A stretch of 64,000 bases of DNA from Phormidesmis sp. GTDB lineage: Bacteria > Cyanobacteriota > Cyanobacteriia > Leptolyngbyales > Leptolyngbyaceae. Of the stretch, positions 10,995-22,387 are shown in pieces. The notes under the pieces are model-generated. The model did no database searches, had not been told where the DNA came from, and was given only the letters and a program-made list of their open reading frames with translations. How positions within the stretch are numbered: position 1 is the stretch's first letter; every line of letters starts with the position of its first letter. The position numbers and the translations under genes were made by a program. The stretch is taken from NCBI GenBank assembly GCA_965248535.1, contig CBDFJR010000002.1, positions 896,001-960,000 on the forward strand, read 5' to 3'.

Positions 10995-12050
10995 ATGAGT
11001 AACGCATTTAGAGAGTTACTGCGAAAAATCGGCAGTGGGCCTCACACCGGGGAAAATTTGAGCCGCACTGAGGCTCAAGCCGCGACTCAGATGATGCTGC
11101 TGCAAGAGGCAACCCCCGCCCAGATCGGAGCTTTTATGATTGCCCACCGCATCAAGCGCCCAACCGGGGAAGAACTGGCAGGGATGCTAGATGCCTACAA
11201 AGCCCTAGGGCCAAGTCTGCAACCGATTGAGTCTACCTACCCGGTCACAGTCATGTGTTTGCCCTATGACGGGCGATCGCGCACGGCTCCGATCAGTCCT
11301 TTAACGTCGCTGATTTTGGCTAGTGCAGGCGTGCCGATCATTTTGCACGGAGGCGATCGAATGCCGACCAAAGAAGGGGTGCCCCTAATCGAACTCTGGC
11401 AAGGGCTAGGCATCCCCTGGGAGAGACTTTCGCTCGATCAAGTTCAGCACGTCTTAGAGACTACAGGGCTAGGGTTTGTCTATTTGACCCACCATTTTCC
11501 CCTAGCAGCCGGGCTGGTGACCTATCGCGATCAAATTGGCAAACGTCCCCCGTTTTCCACGTTGGAACTGATGTGGTCTCCTTATGCAGGAGCGGCTCAT
11601 GTGGTTTGTGGCTTTGTCCACCCACCGACTGAAAATATGTTTCGCGATGCATTTGCCCGCCACGGAATCTCGAATTTCACCACTGTCAAAGGGCTAGAAG
11701 GAAGCTGTGATTTGCCCCGCGATCGCACGGTTATCATCGGCGCAAACAGGTCTGAGTTTGAACGGCTTCACCTTATCCCTCGTGACTTTGGGTTTGCAGC
11801 CAAAGAGTTGCCCCTCAGCCCCACCTCTGAATGGGTCGAAGCGGTGCAGGCAGTGTTAGCAGGCAACCCATCTGACCTAAGGCAGTCTGCTATTTGGAAC
11901 GGCGGTTTCTATCTGTGGCGCTGTGGCGTTTGCTCAGATCTGACCACAGGGTTTGTCAAAGCTGAGGCGCTGCTGACCCAGGGGGCGGCGGCTCAAAAGC
12001 TCGACGAACTCAGCAAAGCGACTCAATCACTGGCGGCGGTCAAATTTTAG
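10995..12050 (+). CDS. cnaT: Anthranilate phosphoribosyltransferase-like protein (CnaT/YbiB type)
   Basis: FRELLRKIGSG...ATPAQIGAFMIAHRIKRPTGEELAG, PYDGRSRT; follows ntcB. Confidence 0.78.
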   Translation: MSNAFRELLRKIGSGPHTGENLSRTEAQAATQMMLLQEATPAQIGAFMIAHRIKRPTGEELAGMLDAYKALGPSLQPIESTYPVTVMCLPYDGRSRTAPISPLTSLILASAGVPIILHGGDRMPTKEGVPLIELWQGLGIPWERLSLDQVQHVLETTGLGFVYLTHHFPLAAGLVTYRDQIGKRPPFSTLELMWSPYAGAAHVVCGFVHPPTENMFRDAFARHGISNFTTVKGLEGSCDLPRDRTVIIGANRSEFERLHLIPRDFGFAAKELPLSPTSEWVEAVQAVLAGNPSDLRQSAIWNGGFYLWRCGVCSDLTTGFVKAEALLTQGAAAQKLDELSKATQSLAAVKF

Positions 12051-12067
12051 CCCTGATTCACCACGAG

Positions 12068-12976
12068 TCAAACGACGGGCAAAATCATGCCTTCCCGTGC
12101 TAGCAAACTGTTGGGAAAAACGGTCTGAACTTCAGCTTCTACCTGATCGAGAAAATCATCATCGTGGTTAGGGTCATGATGAAACATTACGGCTCTTTTT
12201 ACGCCAGCCACCTGAGCGACTTTGATCGCTTCTTGCCAGGTTGAGTGCCCCCAGCCGATCTTGGGCGTTTTAACGTCGTAATATTCTTCATCGGTATAGC
12301 AGGCATCGTAGACTAAAACGTCTGCATCACGGGAGAGATAAACCAGATTTTCGTCAATGCGATCGGGGTAGTGCTCAGTGTCAGTGGCATAGACGGCCGT
12401 GCGACCTTGCCAGGTGACGCGATAGCCTAATGCCGAGTTTGGGTGATTTAACGGGCCGGTTTCGATCGTAATATCGTCTAGTTGGATCGTGTCGCCTGGC
12501 ATCAAGTCGTGAAACTTCATGTCTGACTTCATCACCTGCATCGGCACCGGAAAGTTGGGATGGTGCATTTGATCACTGAGGCGCTGCTTCATGGTGGCCC
12601 CATTGGGTGCGACCCCGCCATAGATGTGAAAGCAGTTGCCGGGCACAAAGGCAGGCACAAAAAAGGGAAATCCTTGAATGTGATCCCAGTGAGAGTGGCT
12701 GAAGAACATATGGGCCTCGACAGGCGTTTGCTTCAGCAATTGCTTGCCTAAAATCCGTAGACCTGTTCCTCCATCAAAGATCAGGCGTTTGCCGCCGACT
12801 CGAATTTCTAAACAGGAGGTGTTGCCACCATAGCGGACGGTTTCGCTACCCGGAGCGGGAATGCTGCCCCGAACGCCCCAAAATTGAATCACAAATTCTG
12901 AAGAGTTGGTCATTTCTAGGTTTGCACTTGTCTCAAGAGCAGTTAAGCTGGGTTTTGAGCGGTCTAGATGGGACAT
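12068..12976 (-). CDS. Metallo-beta-lactamase-fold hydrolase
   Basis: FWGVRGSIP, YGGNTSC, HSHWDHIQG, GWGHST, FHHDP. Confidence 0.9.
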   Translation of the reverse strand: MSHLDRSKPSLTALETSANLEMTNSSEFVIQFWGVRGSIPAPGSETVRYGGNTSCLEIRVGGKRLIFDGGTGLRILGKQLLKQTPVEAHMFFSHSHWDHIQGFPFFVPAFVPGNCFHIYGGVAPNGATMKQRLSDQMHHPNFPVPMQVMKSDMKFHDLMPGDTIQLDDITIETGPLNHPNSALGYRVTWQGRTAVYATDTEHYPDRIDENLVYLSRDADVLVYDACYTDEEYYDVKTPKIGWGHSTWQEAIKVAQVAGVKRAVMFHHDPNHDDDFLDQVEAEVQTVFPNSLLAREGMILPVV

Positions 12977-13155
12977 GTTTGTCAAGCTTGCGGGTCGGCT
13001 ATACGTTACGGCATCAGGCGTTGACGATCGGAGTCAGACTTCTAGTCACCCGGCAGCACGTTTGCCAGCGGGGCTTAGGTTGGTTATCCTTAATGCTACC
13101 CATTTCGATCCCGTTGTTACCAATTCAGGCAGAATTTAAGCTTTTTTGACAGGTT

Positions 13156-13183
13156 AAAGGCCCAGAGAACCCCTGAGCCTTTT
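13156..13183. terminator. Probable terminator hairpin after ppa
   Basis: AAAGGCCCAG...CTGAGCCTTTTT imperfect stem flanked by A/T runs. Confidence 0.5.
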
Positions 13184-13205
13184 TGCTGAATTGAGGGCTA
13201 TAAGG

Positions 13206-13715
13206 TTAGCGATAGGCTTTGATGCACTGCTCGACTAGGGGCAAAACTTTATCAACATCTTGCCAGCCAAGAATTTCGGTGACTTTTTTCTCTAGGTTTT
13301 TATAGGTTCTAAAGAATTCGGCGATCTCATCAAGCCGATGAGCCGCAAGATCGTTAAGAGATTTGACATTGACATAACGAGGGTCTTTGTCGGGCACGCA
13401 GAGAATTTTTTCGTCTCGATCGCCGCCGTCAATCATTTCTAACATTCCGATCGGGCGAGCCGCAATCACGCAGCCCGGAAACGTGGGCTGATCCATAATC
13501 ACCATGCCGTCGAGCGGGTCGCCATCATCGGCTAGGGTGTTGGGGATGAAACCATAGTCGTAGGGATATTGCACCGAGGCATAGAGAACCCGATCGAGGG
13601 CAAAGGCGTTTAGATCTTTGTCAAATTCATATTTATTTTTGCTGCCTGCGGGAATCTCAACCAAGACGTTGATCAGACCGGGCTTAGGCTGGGCGGGAAT
13701 GCGAGTTAAATCCAC
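13206..13715 (-). CDS. ppa: Inorganic pyrophosphatase
   Basis: [27 protein letters not shown]. Confidence 0.97.
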   Translation of the reverse strand: MDLTRIPAQPKPGLINVLVEIPAGSKNKYEFDKDLNAFALDRVLYASVQYPYDYGFIPNTLADDGDPLDGMVIMDQPTFPGCVIAARPIGMLEMIDGGDRDEKILCVPDKDPRYVNVKSLNDLAAHRLDEIAEFFRTYKNLEKKVTEILGWQDVDKVLPLVEQCIKAYR

Positions 13716-13805
13716 TGCGGTTCTCCAAACACGATAATAGGGAGCAGGGGTGAATCACCGTCTGCCCATCCTTGATTTTAGGGGAAGAAGGCAAGTAGGG
13801 TTTGG

Positions 13806-14390
13806 TTATTTTGCCTCAAAATCCACTTTGTCGTAGAGATCTGCAAGGGTGATTTCAAAGGGAACGGAGTTGAGCGAGAGGATGGCTTCTGCGCCGTCAT
13901 ACTCAGAAAAAATCCATTTGCGGGGTTCGGTTTTGTAATATTGCTCAACGTGGCGATCGTATTGATCGATTAAGATATATTCCTGAAAGGATGGAATGGT
14001 GCGATGGGCTGCGAACTTGCCGCTCCGATCATAGGCTTCTGTGGAGTTTGACAGCACTTCGACTATCATCATCGGATTGGTTAGGGTATCTCTTCGTCCT
14101 TCCTGAAGTTGCAGTTCTCCTGAAATGAGCATGACATCAGGGTAGGTGTAGATGCGCTGGCGAGGAATCCACAGCCGTTGATCGGTGATAAAGGCTCGGT
14201 AAGGTTGCCGCTTGAGAGCAAAGTTAATGGCTGCATAAAAGTTACCTGCGATCGTATTGTGATTGGGCATTCCACCAGGCATCAGAACAATGTCTCCATC
14301 AATGTATTCATGTCGCTCCTCTGCGTTGGCTTCGAGTTCTAGATACTCGTCGGGGGTGTAGTTCTTTTTCTCTTCAGCTTGCATAATCAT
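13806..14390 (-). CDS. Uma2-family (PD-(D/E)xK-like) protein
   Basis: YTPDEYLELE...RHEYIDG...YPDVM...IVEVLSNSTEAYDR..KF. Confidence 0.9.
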   Translation of the reverse strand: MIMQAEEKKNYTPDEYLELEANAEERHEYIDGDIVLMPGGMPNHNTIAGNFYAAINFALKRQPYRAFITDQRLWIPRQRIYTYPDVMLISGELQLQEGRRDTLTNPMMIVEVLSNSTEAYDRSGKFAAHRTIPSFQEYILIDQYDRHVEQYYKTEPRKWIFSEYDGAEAILSLNSVPFEITLADLYDKVDFEAK

Positions 14391-14780
14391 GAAAGTTTAA
14401 TCTCCAACTGCTTGAATAAAAATGATGGGTTTCTTTGAGGGCGACGACCACTTTTTGATAGTGCGTGATAACCCTTTGTAAGATGACCTCAAAAAGACAA
14501 CGTGGCAGTTTTGATTGCCGAACAATAGCAAAGCTCTGGCAGTTCTAAACAGATTGTCAGATTCTTTTAAATTGATTTGAGATAAGCATCAAACGAGAAA
14601 GATGGCACTATGTTTTTAGCCTTGGTGCGATCGGTGAAATGATGACCACGGACTTTCTAGTCTTCAGTGGGCGATCGTGGCGTTTTGAGTTCTGAGATCG
14701 GGATTTCAAATTTTGAGGGCGAAGTTTCGGTCATTGTAGGAGAGCGACGAAGCCAGCTTGCTCAAAGTGGCGATCGTGAG

Positions 14781-14920
14781 TCAAAGCTTCCAGAATATTT
14801 CGTTGCTGCATGATGCAGAATGAGGCACAGTCAGTCTGGCTCCAAGCTTGATCAGGGCGTTGCTGGTGCAGGATTCAGGATGGCGACCCAGTAACCCGTA
14901 TCGACAAATACGGTTCTCAT
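14781..14920 (-). pseudogene. Degraded VapC/PIN toxin
   Basis: ATG at 14920 overlaps the upstream stop (ATGA). It reads MRTVFVDTGYWVAILNP, a PIN N-terminus, and stops at 14852. LHQQ continues in another frame. Confidence 0.65.
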
Positions 14921-15222
14921 TCTTCAACCTTTGGGGAGCCGTATAGATAGTGATCGATGTTTTTAGAGAGATCGGTTGGCAGGTTTTTCCACTCTTCATC
15001 GGGCACCTGGGCGCGAATTTCGTCAATTATGCCAAGAAATGATTGAGCAGAGTCATCTTGAGAGTCAGATAACTCTGTTGGGTCGCCATTAAAACCTGCA
15101 CGGTCACCCTCTGGTAGCAAGACAATCACCCGCACTCTACCAGGATTAGTAACCTGTAGTGGCTGATCTAAAGACAGGTGTCCTTGGGCATCGATCGTTC
15201 CTGTGGCCTCAATCGCTTGCAT
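14917..15222 (-). CDS. Probable antitoxin partner of the PIN remnant
   Basis: MQAIEATGTIDAQGHLSLDQPL...LPTDLSKNIDHYLYG, a C-terminal motif typical of genes preceding PIN toxins. Confidence 0.65.
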   Translation of the reverse strand: MQAIEATGTIDAQGHLSLDQPLQVTNPGRVRVIVLLPEGDRAGFNGDPTELSDSQDDSAQSFLGIIDEIRAQVPDEEWKNLPTDLSKNIDHYLYGSPKVEE

Positions 15223-15333
15223 GATTTCAAGGCTGATAGATTCTGCTCAAATTCTAACAGGGGAAAATCGCTCTTTGAAGGGTGAAGGCTTGCGGTGAAA
15301 AGGAAGCGAGGAGACGGTGATCGCATATAAGCA

Positions 15334-15367
15334 AGATCCCCGACTTTTCTAAAAAAGTCGGGGATCT
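15334..15367. repeat. REP-like palindrome, left of RAYT
   Basis: AGATCCCCGACTTTT-CTAA-AAAAGTCGGGGATCT. Confidence 0.9.
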
Positions 15368-15414
15368 GTATAGGGCTTCGGGAAGGCTAGATTTATCTGC
15401 TTTCAAATTCCCTC

Positions 15415-15987
15415 ATGCCATACCGCACGATCGCCTTTGAACCTGGCAATTTCTATCATCTGTATAATCGGGGCAATAATCGCCAAACCATCTTCTTTGA
15501 GCGCGAGAATTATCTTCATTTCCTGCGGTTGGTACGGCGATATTTGACACCTGAGGAAGTGGAAATTTTAGCCTACTGCTTGATGCCGAATCACTACCAT
15601 CTGCTGGTGCATTTCAAAGCTGGCAATCTTAGCGAACAAATGAAGGTATTATCTCTGGCATACACTAAAGGGATGAATGTTCGCTACAACCGGGTTGGTT
15701 CGTTGTTCCAGGGGCGGTTTTGCTCGATTCAAGTCGATCGCGAGTCATATCTGGTTCATCTGGTACGCTACATTCACTTGAATCCAGTCAAGGTTGGGTT
15801 GGTGATGCATCCAAGAGAATGGGAGTTTTCGAGTTATCGGGAGTATGCGGGGCAGCGACAGGGAACGTTGCCGAAACTGGAACGGGTGCAGGCTCTAACA
15901 GTCGAGAAGGATGCCTATCAGATGTTTCTAGAAGATCAGTCGTTGCCCCAAGATGCCAAAATGCGATCGTTTATGTTAGATGAGTGA
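15415..15987 (+). mobile_element. REP-associated tyrosine transposase (RAYT, HUH/Y1 family)
   Basis: YHLYNRGNNRQTIF, YCLMPNHYHLL (HUH), LFQGRF, YIHLNPVK, W.FSSY; palindromes on both sides. Confidence 0.9.
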
Positions 15988-15998
15988 TGTGCTGCCAG

Positions 15999-16032
15999 AG
16001 ATCCCCGACTTTTTCCAAAAAGTCGGGGATCT
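15999..16032. repeat. REP-like palindrome, right of RAYT
   Basis: AGATCCCCGACTTTTT-CC-AAAAAGTCGGGGATCT. Confidence 0.9.
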
Positions 16033-16105
16033 TTCAATTCTAAAACTGGACAGAGCCGCTCTAGCTGGTGTTGCCCTGCGTCTCCGATCGGTCAGCACAG
16101 AAGAC

Positions 16106-16133
16106 AAAAAAGGGCAAACTCGAAAGCTTGCCC
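16106..16133 (-). terminator. Probable terminator of chlN
   Basis: AAAAAAGGGCAA-ACTCGAAAGC-TTGCCCT; hairpin plus U-tract on the minus strand. Confidence 0.65.
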
Positions 16134-16168
16134 TCAATACATCACAAAGAATCTTGCAGAACCTAACG

Positions 16169-17584
<1,416 letters not shown>

Positions 17585-17650
17585 TCAAAAATCGATGATT
17601 AGAAGAAACGCAGTTCGATCGAGTTGTGCAAAACGGGTCGAACAAAAGAA

Positions 17651-18034
17651 TCATTTTCGCCCTGACCCCCCACAGTCTTCGTCTCGCTTGGCATAGACGC
17701 GGCTGACGCGCCCACTCGCAGGCAACAATTTGACTTCTTCGTCAACGGTGGCATCAACTTTAGCCAGAGAGTCAAGGGCACGATCGGGGTTAAAGTTCAG
17801 CCCTAGCGCCATCACGATGCGATCGGGGTTGCTGTTGAGGTCTACGACCAAAGGCAAAAAGGAAGTCAGTTCGGGTTCTAAAACCGAAAGGGTCGCCAAA
17901 ATAAAGCTCGAAGAGGGTCGTCGCTGCCCGTTGCAGTTGACCCAGACCGCCAGACGAGCCAACCAGGGGCGGTTATCTCGATAATAGGTTAGCCATTTGT
18001 CTTTGAGAGATTGGCGGAGTTGCACGATATTCAC
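17651..18034 (-). CDS. Conserved protein between chlL and chlN (DUF5331-like)
   Basis: LRQSLKDKWLTYY..NR.W...RRPSSSFILATLS; usual position. Confidence 0.8.
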   Translation of the reverse strand: MNIVQLRQSLKDKWLTYYRDNRPWLARLAVWVNCNGQRRPSSSFILATLSVLEPELTSFLPLVVDLNSNPDRIVMALGLNFNPDRALDSLAKVDATVDEEVKLLPASGRVSRVYAKRDEDCGGSGRK

Positions 18035-18050
18035 AAGTCACCTGAGAGAG

Positions 18051-18122
18051 TTTTGAGGGTTGAATTTTGAGTTCTCAGCTATTCTCTAACAACTCAGAAC
18101 CCAAACCTCGAAACTCAAACCT
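18051..18122. repeat. Short heptamer-like tandem repeats in inverted arrangement (STRR-like)
   Basis: TTTTGAG/GGTTGAA/TTTTGAG facing AACTCAG/AACCCAA/AACTCAA. Confidence 0.5.
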
Positions 18123-18126
18123 CTCT

Positions 18127-18987
18127 TTAGACCATCATCAAATCCACTTTTTCGCCCTCGGCTTTGGGTGGGGTCGGGTTGAGATAGAAATCAGACAGCA
18201 GCGAGAACAACTCCCGATCGGGCGAGTCATTAGGCACCACCCCTTCAGGGTTGGCCAAAATCTGGTCGGCGATGTTGAGATAATAGTCACAAACATAGTT
18301 CAGCGATGGCTCTGTCTCTGCCATCTCAAACAGGGTTTTGCCTTTGACGCGCGAGACCCGGATGTCTTCAATCAACGGCAGCACTTCGAGCACAGGCATC
18401 GGCACTGAGTCAATATACTTATCGATCAGGTCGCGCTTTGAGGTGCGATTGCCGATCAATCCCGCTAGGCGCAGGGGGTGAGTCCGGGCTTTTTCGCGCA
18501 CCGAGGCCGCGATGCGGTTAGCGGCAAACAGAGCGTCAAAGCCGTTGTCAGTGACGATCAGGCAATAGTCGGCATAGTTGAGCGGAGCCGCAAAGCCACC
18601 ACACACTACGTCACCCAGCACGTCAAATAAAATCACGTCATATTCATCAAAGGCGTTTAGCTCTTTGAGTAGTTTGACGGTTTCGCCCACGACATAGCCG
18701 CCGCAGCCTGCCCCAGCCGGAGGCCCGCCTGCTTCTACGCAGTCAACGCCGCCATAGCCTTTGTAGATCACATCTTCGGGCCAGACATCTTCGTAGTGAT
18801 AGTCTTTTTCTTGCAGCGTGTCGATGATGGTCGGAATCAAGAAGCCCGTGAGGGTAAAGGTGCTGTCGTGCTTGGGGTCACAGCCAATTTGCAGCACTTT
18901 TTTGCCGCGTCGGGCCAGGGCAACCGAGATATTGCAACTGGTCGTCGATTTGCCGATGCCACCTTTTCCGTAAACTGCGAGTTTCAC
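18127..18987 (-). CDS. chlL: Dark-operative protochlorophyllide reductase Fe protein
   Basis: [36 protein letters not shown]. Confidence 0.98.
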   Translation of the reverse strand: MKLAVYGKGGIGKSTTSCNISVALARRGKKVLQIGCDPKHDSTFTLTGFLIPTIIDTLQEKDYHYEDVWPEDVIYKGYGGVDCVEAGGPPAGAGCGGYVVGETVKLLKELNAFDEYDVILFDVLGDVVCGGFAAPLNYADYCLIVTDNGFDALFAANRIAASVREKARTHPLRLAGLIGNRTSKRDLIDKYIDSVPMPVLEVLPLIEDIRVSRVKGKTLFEMAETEPSLNYVCDYYLNIADQILANPEGVVPNDSPDRELFSLLSDFYLNPTPPKAEGEKVDLMMV

Positions 18988-19541
18988 TAGTTGTTTCTCC
19001 TAATCTCTTCTCAAAAGGGGTGAGCTTTGGGAGCTTAAAACAGGCAATCAGCCTTGGTTTTGTGAGGGCTAGCTGGGTCAGCCTTGTTGCTCTCGTCTCT
19101 GAATGCATTATTGACGATGTTGCAGGCGATTGGAAGAGGCATTTTTAGCCAAGAGATGCGATAAAAAGCAGTTATTCAGAGCTAGGAGAGGAATTAGTGA
19201 TTTCAGAATCTCAGAATAGCTCTCAAGCTGAAATTCAGAGTTTTTTGAGTTTTTATATTCAGCTTTTTATAGAAAGTAGAACAATAGACAAAAAAGATGA
19301 GGATCTCAGTTTGACTCAATCCTTTAGGTCTGTGCGGCGATCGCGCTCCCCACAGACTGTCAAACGAGTTCAATTCATGCAAATTTTGGATCGAACTGGT
19401 TTAAAAGCGGTGGATTCTGGCGATTAACCCCGGTTGACTCGTCGTTTAGATGCGTTTTGAAATCAGCAGGGCGATCAGCGATCGGGCCACACAACTTCTT
19501 TATTAAGAATGGTGAAACTTTTGGGGTACGCTGCTGTTCCC

Positions 19542-19569
19542 AAAAGAAAAGGCACCTCGAAAGGTGCCT
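19542..19569 (-). terminator. Intrinsic terminator
   Basis: AGGCACCT-TTCG-AGGTGCCT followed by TTTCTTTT on the minus strand. Confidence 0.75.
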
Positions 19570-19593
19570 AAGCGCGATCGTCAACCCGGTCTC

Positions 19594-20019
19594 TTATTGA
19601 GCAGGCTTCACTCGACGCTGAGATTTGTATTGCTCTCTTTGGCTGCGTTGCTCAGGAGTCAGCACAGCATCCATCTGACTGCGAGCTGCTTCTCTGATCT
19701 GCTTGATTTTGGCTTTTTGGTCGTCGCTCAAATTGAGAGACTTCCAGTTTTGACCGCGCTTCATGCCTTGACCACGCTCGGCTTGCAGTTTTGTCCGCTG
19801 CTCAGAGGTGAGCACCCCTTCAATCTGCTGACGGGTGTTGTCACGAATAGTTTTGAGTTTGGCTTTTTGATCGGCATTCAAATTTAGCCGATTTTGCATT
19901 CTCTGACCCGCTCTCGGTGCGACTGGTGCAGACGATTGAGCGTGAGCCGTTAAAACAGGCGCGGCTGAGATCAAGAGCGCGATCGCGCCGGGTAGCAGCC
20001 AAAAAAGTTTGTTCTTCAT
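19594..20019 (-). CDS. Spy/CpxP-family (LTxxQ) periplasmic protein
   Basis: Signal peptide; LNLNADQK...VLTSEQR...LNLSDDQK...VLTPEQR. Confidence 0.85.
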   Translation of the reverse strand: MKNKLFWLLPGAIALLISAAPVLTAHAQSSAPVAPRAGQRMQNRLNLNADQKAKLKTIRDNTRQQIEGVLTSEQRTKLQAERGQGMKRGQNWKSLNLSDDQKAKIKQIREAARSQMDAVLTPEQRSQREQYKSQRRVKPAQ

Positions 20020-20112
20020 AGAGATTGAGTGTCCTAAAATATCAACAAGTCAATCGATTGATTGCTTCATGACATTAGACGGTGGCTCGATTGAGAAGGT
20101 TCAACTCGGCGC

Positions 20113-20511
20113 TCAAATTGTGTCGGGCTGACTGCGATTTTTGCGGAGTTGCTCAAGCTGATCTTTGCGTAAGACGGTTTCCATCTCTTTGTTAGCGGCT
20201 GAGACGATTTTTGAGATCTTCGCTTGCTGAGTCTTGTCTAGTTTCATTGTCTTGAGCACTTGCCCCGGCTTGCCGCCTTTTTTGACCGCAGTCGTAAATT
20301 GCGTTTTTTGGTCGGGCGTGAGCACCTCGATAATTTGCTTGAGGGCACTGTCTCTAATTTTTTTGACTTTGACTTTTTGACCCGCATCGAGAGTGACTTT
20401 GGTGGCGGTTGCTTGACTCACGAGTTGAGACAGTTCAGCGCGGGCGATCAGCACCGGAGCGCCGATCAGCATCAGTGAAATAGTTGCGGAGAGCAGCAGA
20501 GAATTTTTCAT
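20113..20511 (-). CDS. Second Spy/CpxP-like LTxxQ protein (tandem paralogue)
   Basis: Signal peptide; VLTPDQK, VLRKDQL. Confidence 0.75.
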   Translation of the reverse strand: MKNSLLLSATISLMLIGAPVLIARAELSQLVSQATATKVTLDAGQKVKVKKIRDSALKQIIEVLTPDQKTQFTTAVKKGGKPGQVLKTMKLDKTQQAKISKIVSAANKEMETVLRKDQLEQLRKNRSQPDTI

Positions 20512-20620
20512 GGCAGAAAACCGCTAATTATTGGGCTATTGAGTTGACATCATACAGAAACGCTTTCGCAGAACAGAGCATCTTTAGAAATTATTTCTAG
20601 TTGACGAGAAATTTTAGGAA

Positions 20621-22249
20621 CTAGCGATCGCTACTCACTCGGTCATATTCAACGGCTCCATAATTAAGTTTGATCAAGCGATCGGCAACGTGAAAATAGT
20701 GATCGTCGTGACTGATCACAAAAACAGTTTTTCCCTGACGTTTTAGCTGCGGCAAAAACTCCGTGTAAAAAAGCTCCCGAAAGATCGGATCTTGATCAGA
20801 GGCCCATTCATCAAATAGATAAATCGGACGATCTTCTAGATAAGCCGTAAGCAGACTCAGCCGTTTGCGCTGCCCTTGAGAAAGGTCGATCGTCGAAAGT
20901 TTACCGTTGATAATGGTGACTTTATGATCGAGGTGCAACTGCTTAAGATAAGACTGCGCCTGAGCATCTAGGTTCGGCTGGTGAATGCCCAACAGCCGAT
21001 CGAACAAATAAAAATCAGCATAAATCGCCGAAAAATATTGTCGATAATCTTCTCGATTATCAGAGGTGATCGGCTGACTGTCTAACCAAATTTCGCCCCG
21101 ATCGGGACTATAAAGCCCCGTCATTAACTTCGATAAGGTAGACTTGCCGCTGCCATTGCCGCCCACAATAAACACCAGTTCTCCCCGACCGAAGGAGAGG
21201 TCGATCGGGCCTAAAACAAAGCTGCTCTCTTCGCCCGGCCGCTCATAGTGGTGAGTGATGCCCCGAAACTCTAAGCGCTGCCAGTCAGGGTTAACCGTTC
21301 TAGGGGCCAGATTGACCTCCGCTTTGCTGCGAAGCGCCAGCCCCAAGCGATCGATCTTTTGCAGAGAGACACTGGCTTGACTCAACACAGGCAGCTTGGT
21401 GATCAGCTTTTCTAAGGGCAGTGTGGCGTAGGTGAAAATCAAAACGTAGCCAGAAAGCGTTTGCAGCGACACCGATAAAATTTGGGGCAGCGCAAACAAG
21501 ACAAACCCGATCGCAAAGAAAAAGATCAGCCGCCCCCAACTGCTAGCCATTGAGAACAAAATTAAGGCGCTGGCATTATGACGGCGATAGCTTGCAGACG
21601 CAGCTTCTAAATCTTCTGATAAGAAAGTTTGACGACGATCGTAGTGCAGTTTCAGTTCTTTAATGCCATCGGTGATCGTGCGAAAGTGCTTGAACAACTG
21701 ATCTTGATCATCGCGAGCCAGCCTGAGAAATTGATAACCGCGTTTTAGCAGCAGTTGAGTCGTGACGACGGCCATCAAAAACAGCCCCATCACCATCACA
21801 AATCCTTGCCACGACAGCCAGCAAATATAGGCAAACGAACCGACGATCGTGGCCAAATCAATACACAAATAGGGAAACAGCGCCACTGCACTGGCAACCG
21901 CATTCACATCTTCGGTCAGGGTTGCCAGCATCCGAGCATTGCCCAACTGCTCTAAATGGCTCAACTCTGAAGACAGAATTTGCCGACTCAAGCTTAATCG
22001 CAGCTTAAAAACAGCATCTTGTGACAGTTGCACCAATACTACTTGAGAGATCACGCTAGTGGCCAGCGAGACGACAGCCAGCGTGATAAAAAGCACTGCG
22101 ATCGTTCCCTCGATCGCCCCCCCTGACCCAATGGCGCGACTAGCCAGCGCAATCAGCGCCGCACTGCTTGCCCCACTCAAAAGGCCAGCAAGAATAGCGA
22201 TCACCATCCTGCGGCGAGAAGACTGGAGTAAAAAGAAGAGTAATTTCAT
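20621..22249 (-). CDS. Cyclic-peptide export ABC transporter (PvdE/SyrD/YojI family)
   Basis: DGIKELKLH, GGNGSGKST, LSQGQRKRL, DEWASDQDP. Confidence 0.92.
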   Translation of the reverse strand: MKLLFFLLQSSRRRMVIAILAGLLSGASSAALIALASRAIGSGGAIEGTIAVLFITLAVVSLATSVISQVVLVQLSQDAVFKLRLSLSRQILSSELSHLEQLGNARMLATLTEDVNAVASAVALFPYLCIDLATIVGSFAYICWLSWQGFVMVMGLFLMAVVTTQLLLKRGYQFLRLARDDQDQLFKHFRTITDGIKELKLHYDRRQTFLSEDLEAASASYRRHNASALILFSMASSWGRLIFFFAIGFVLFALPQILSVSLQTLSGYVLIFTYATLPLEKLITKLPVLSQASVSLQKIDRLGLALRSKAEVNLAPRTVNPDWQRLEFRGITHHYERPGEESSFVLGPIDLSFGRGELVFIVGGNGSGKSTLSKLMTGLYSPDRGEIWLDSQPITSDNREDYRQYFSAIYADFYLFDRLLGIHQPNLDAQAQSYLKQLHLDHKVTIINGKLSTIDLSQGQRKRLSLLTAYLEDRPIYLFDEWASDQDPIFRELFYTEFLPQLKRQGKTVFVISHDDHYFHVADRLIKLNYGAVEYDRVSSDR

Positions 22250-22387
22250 TCAAAATCAGAGTCAGAGATCAGGGGCAGGGAGTCACGGCCGAAACCCAAA
22301 ACCTGTTTTAGTCTAAGGTCTAACGTCTGAGGATTGAGCAAACCTCAAAAAATTTGGGCAGTGTAGATCCAAACGATCGCAAGCTGG

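Noticed and set aside
15415..15987. Classical IS200 TnpA serving the 37.3-kb element
   Set aside because: Length, the NRG..R..IF / NPVK / W..SSY motifs and symmetrical palindromic flanks fit a RAYT; its hairpins differ from the ends of the IS605-type element.
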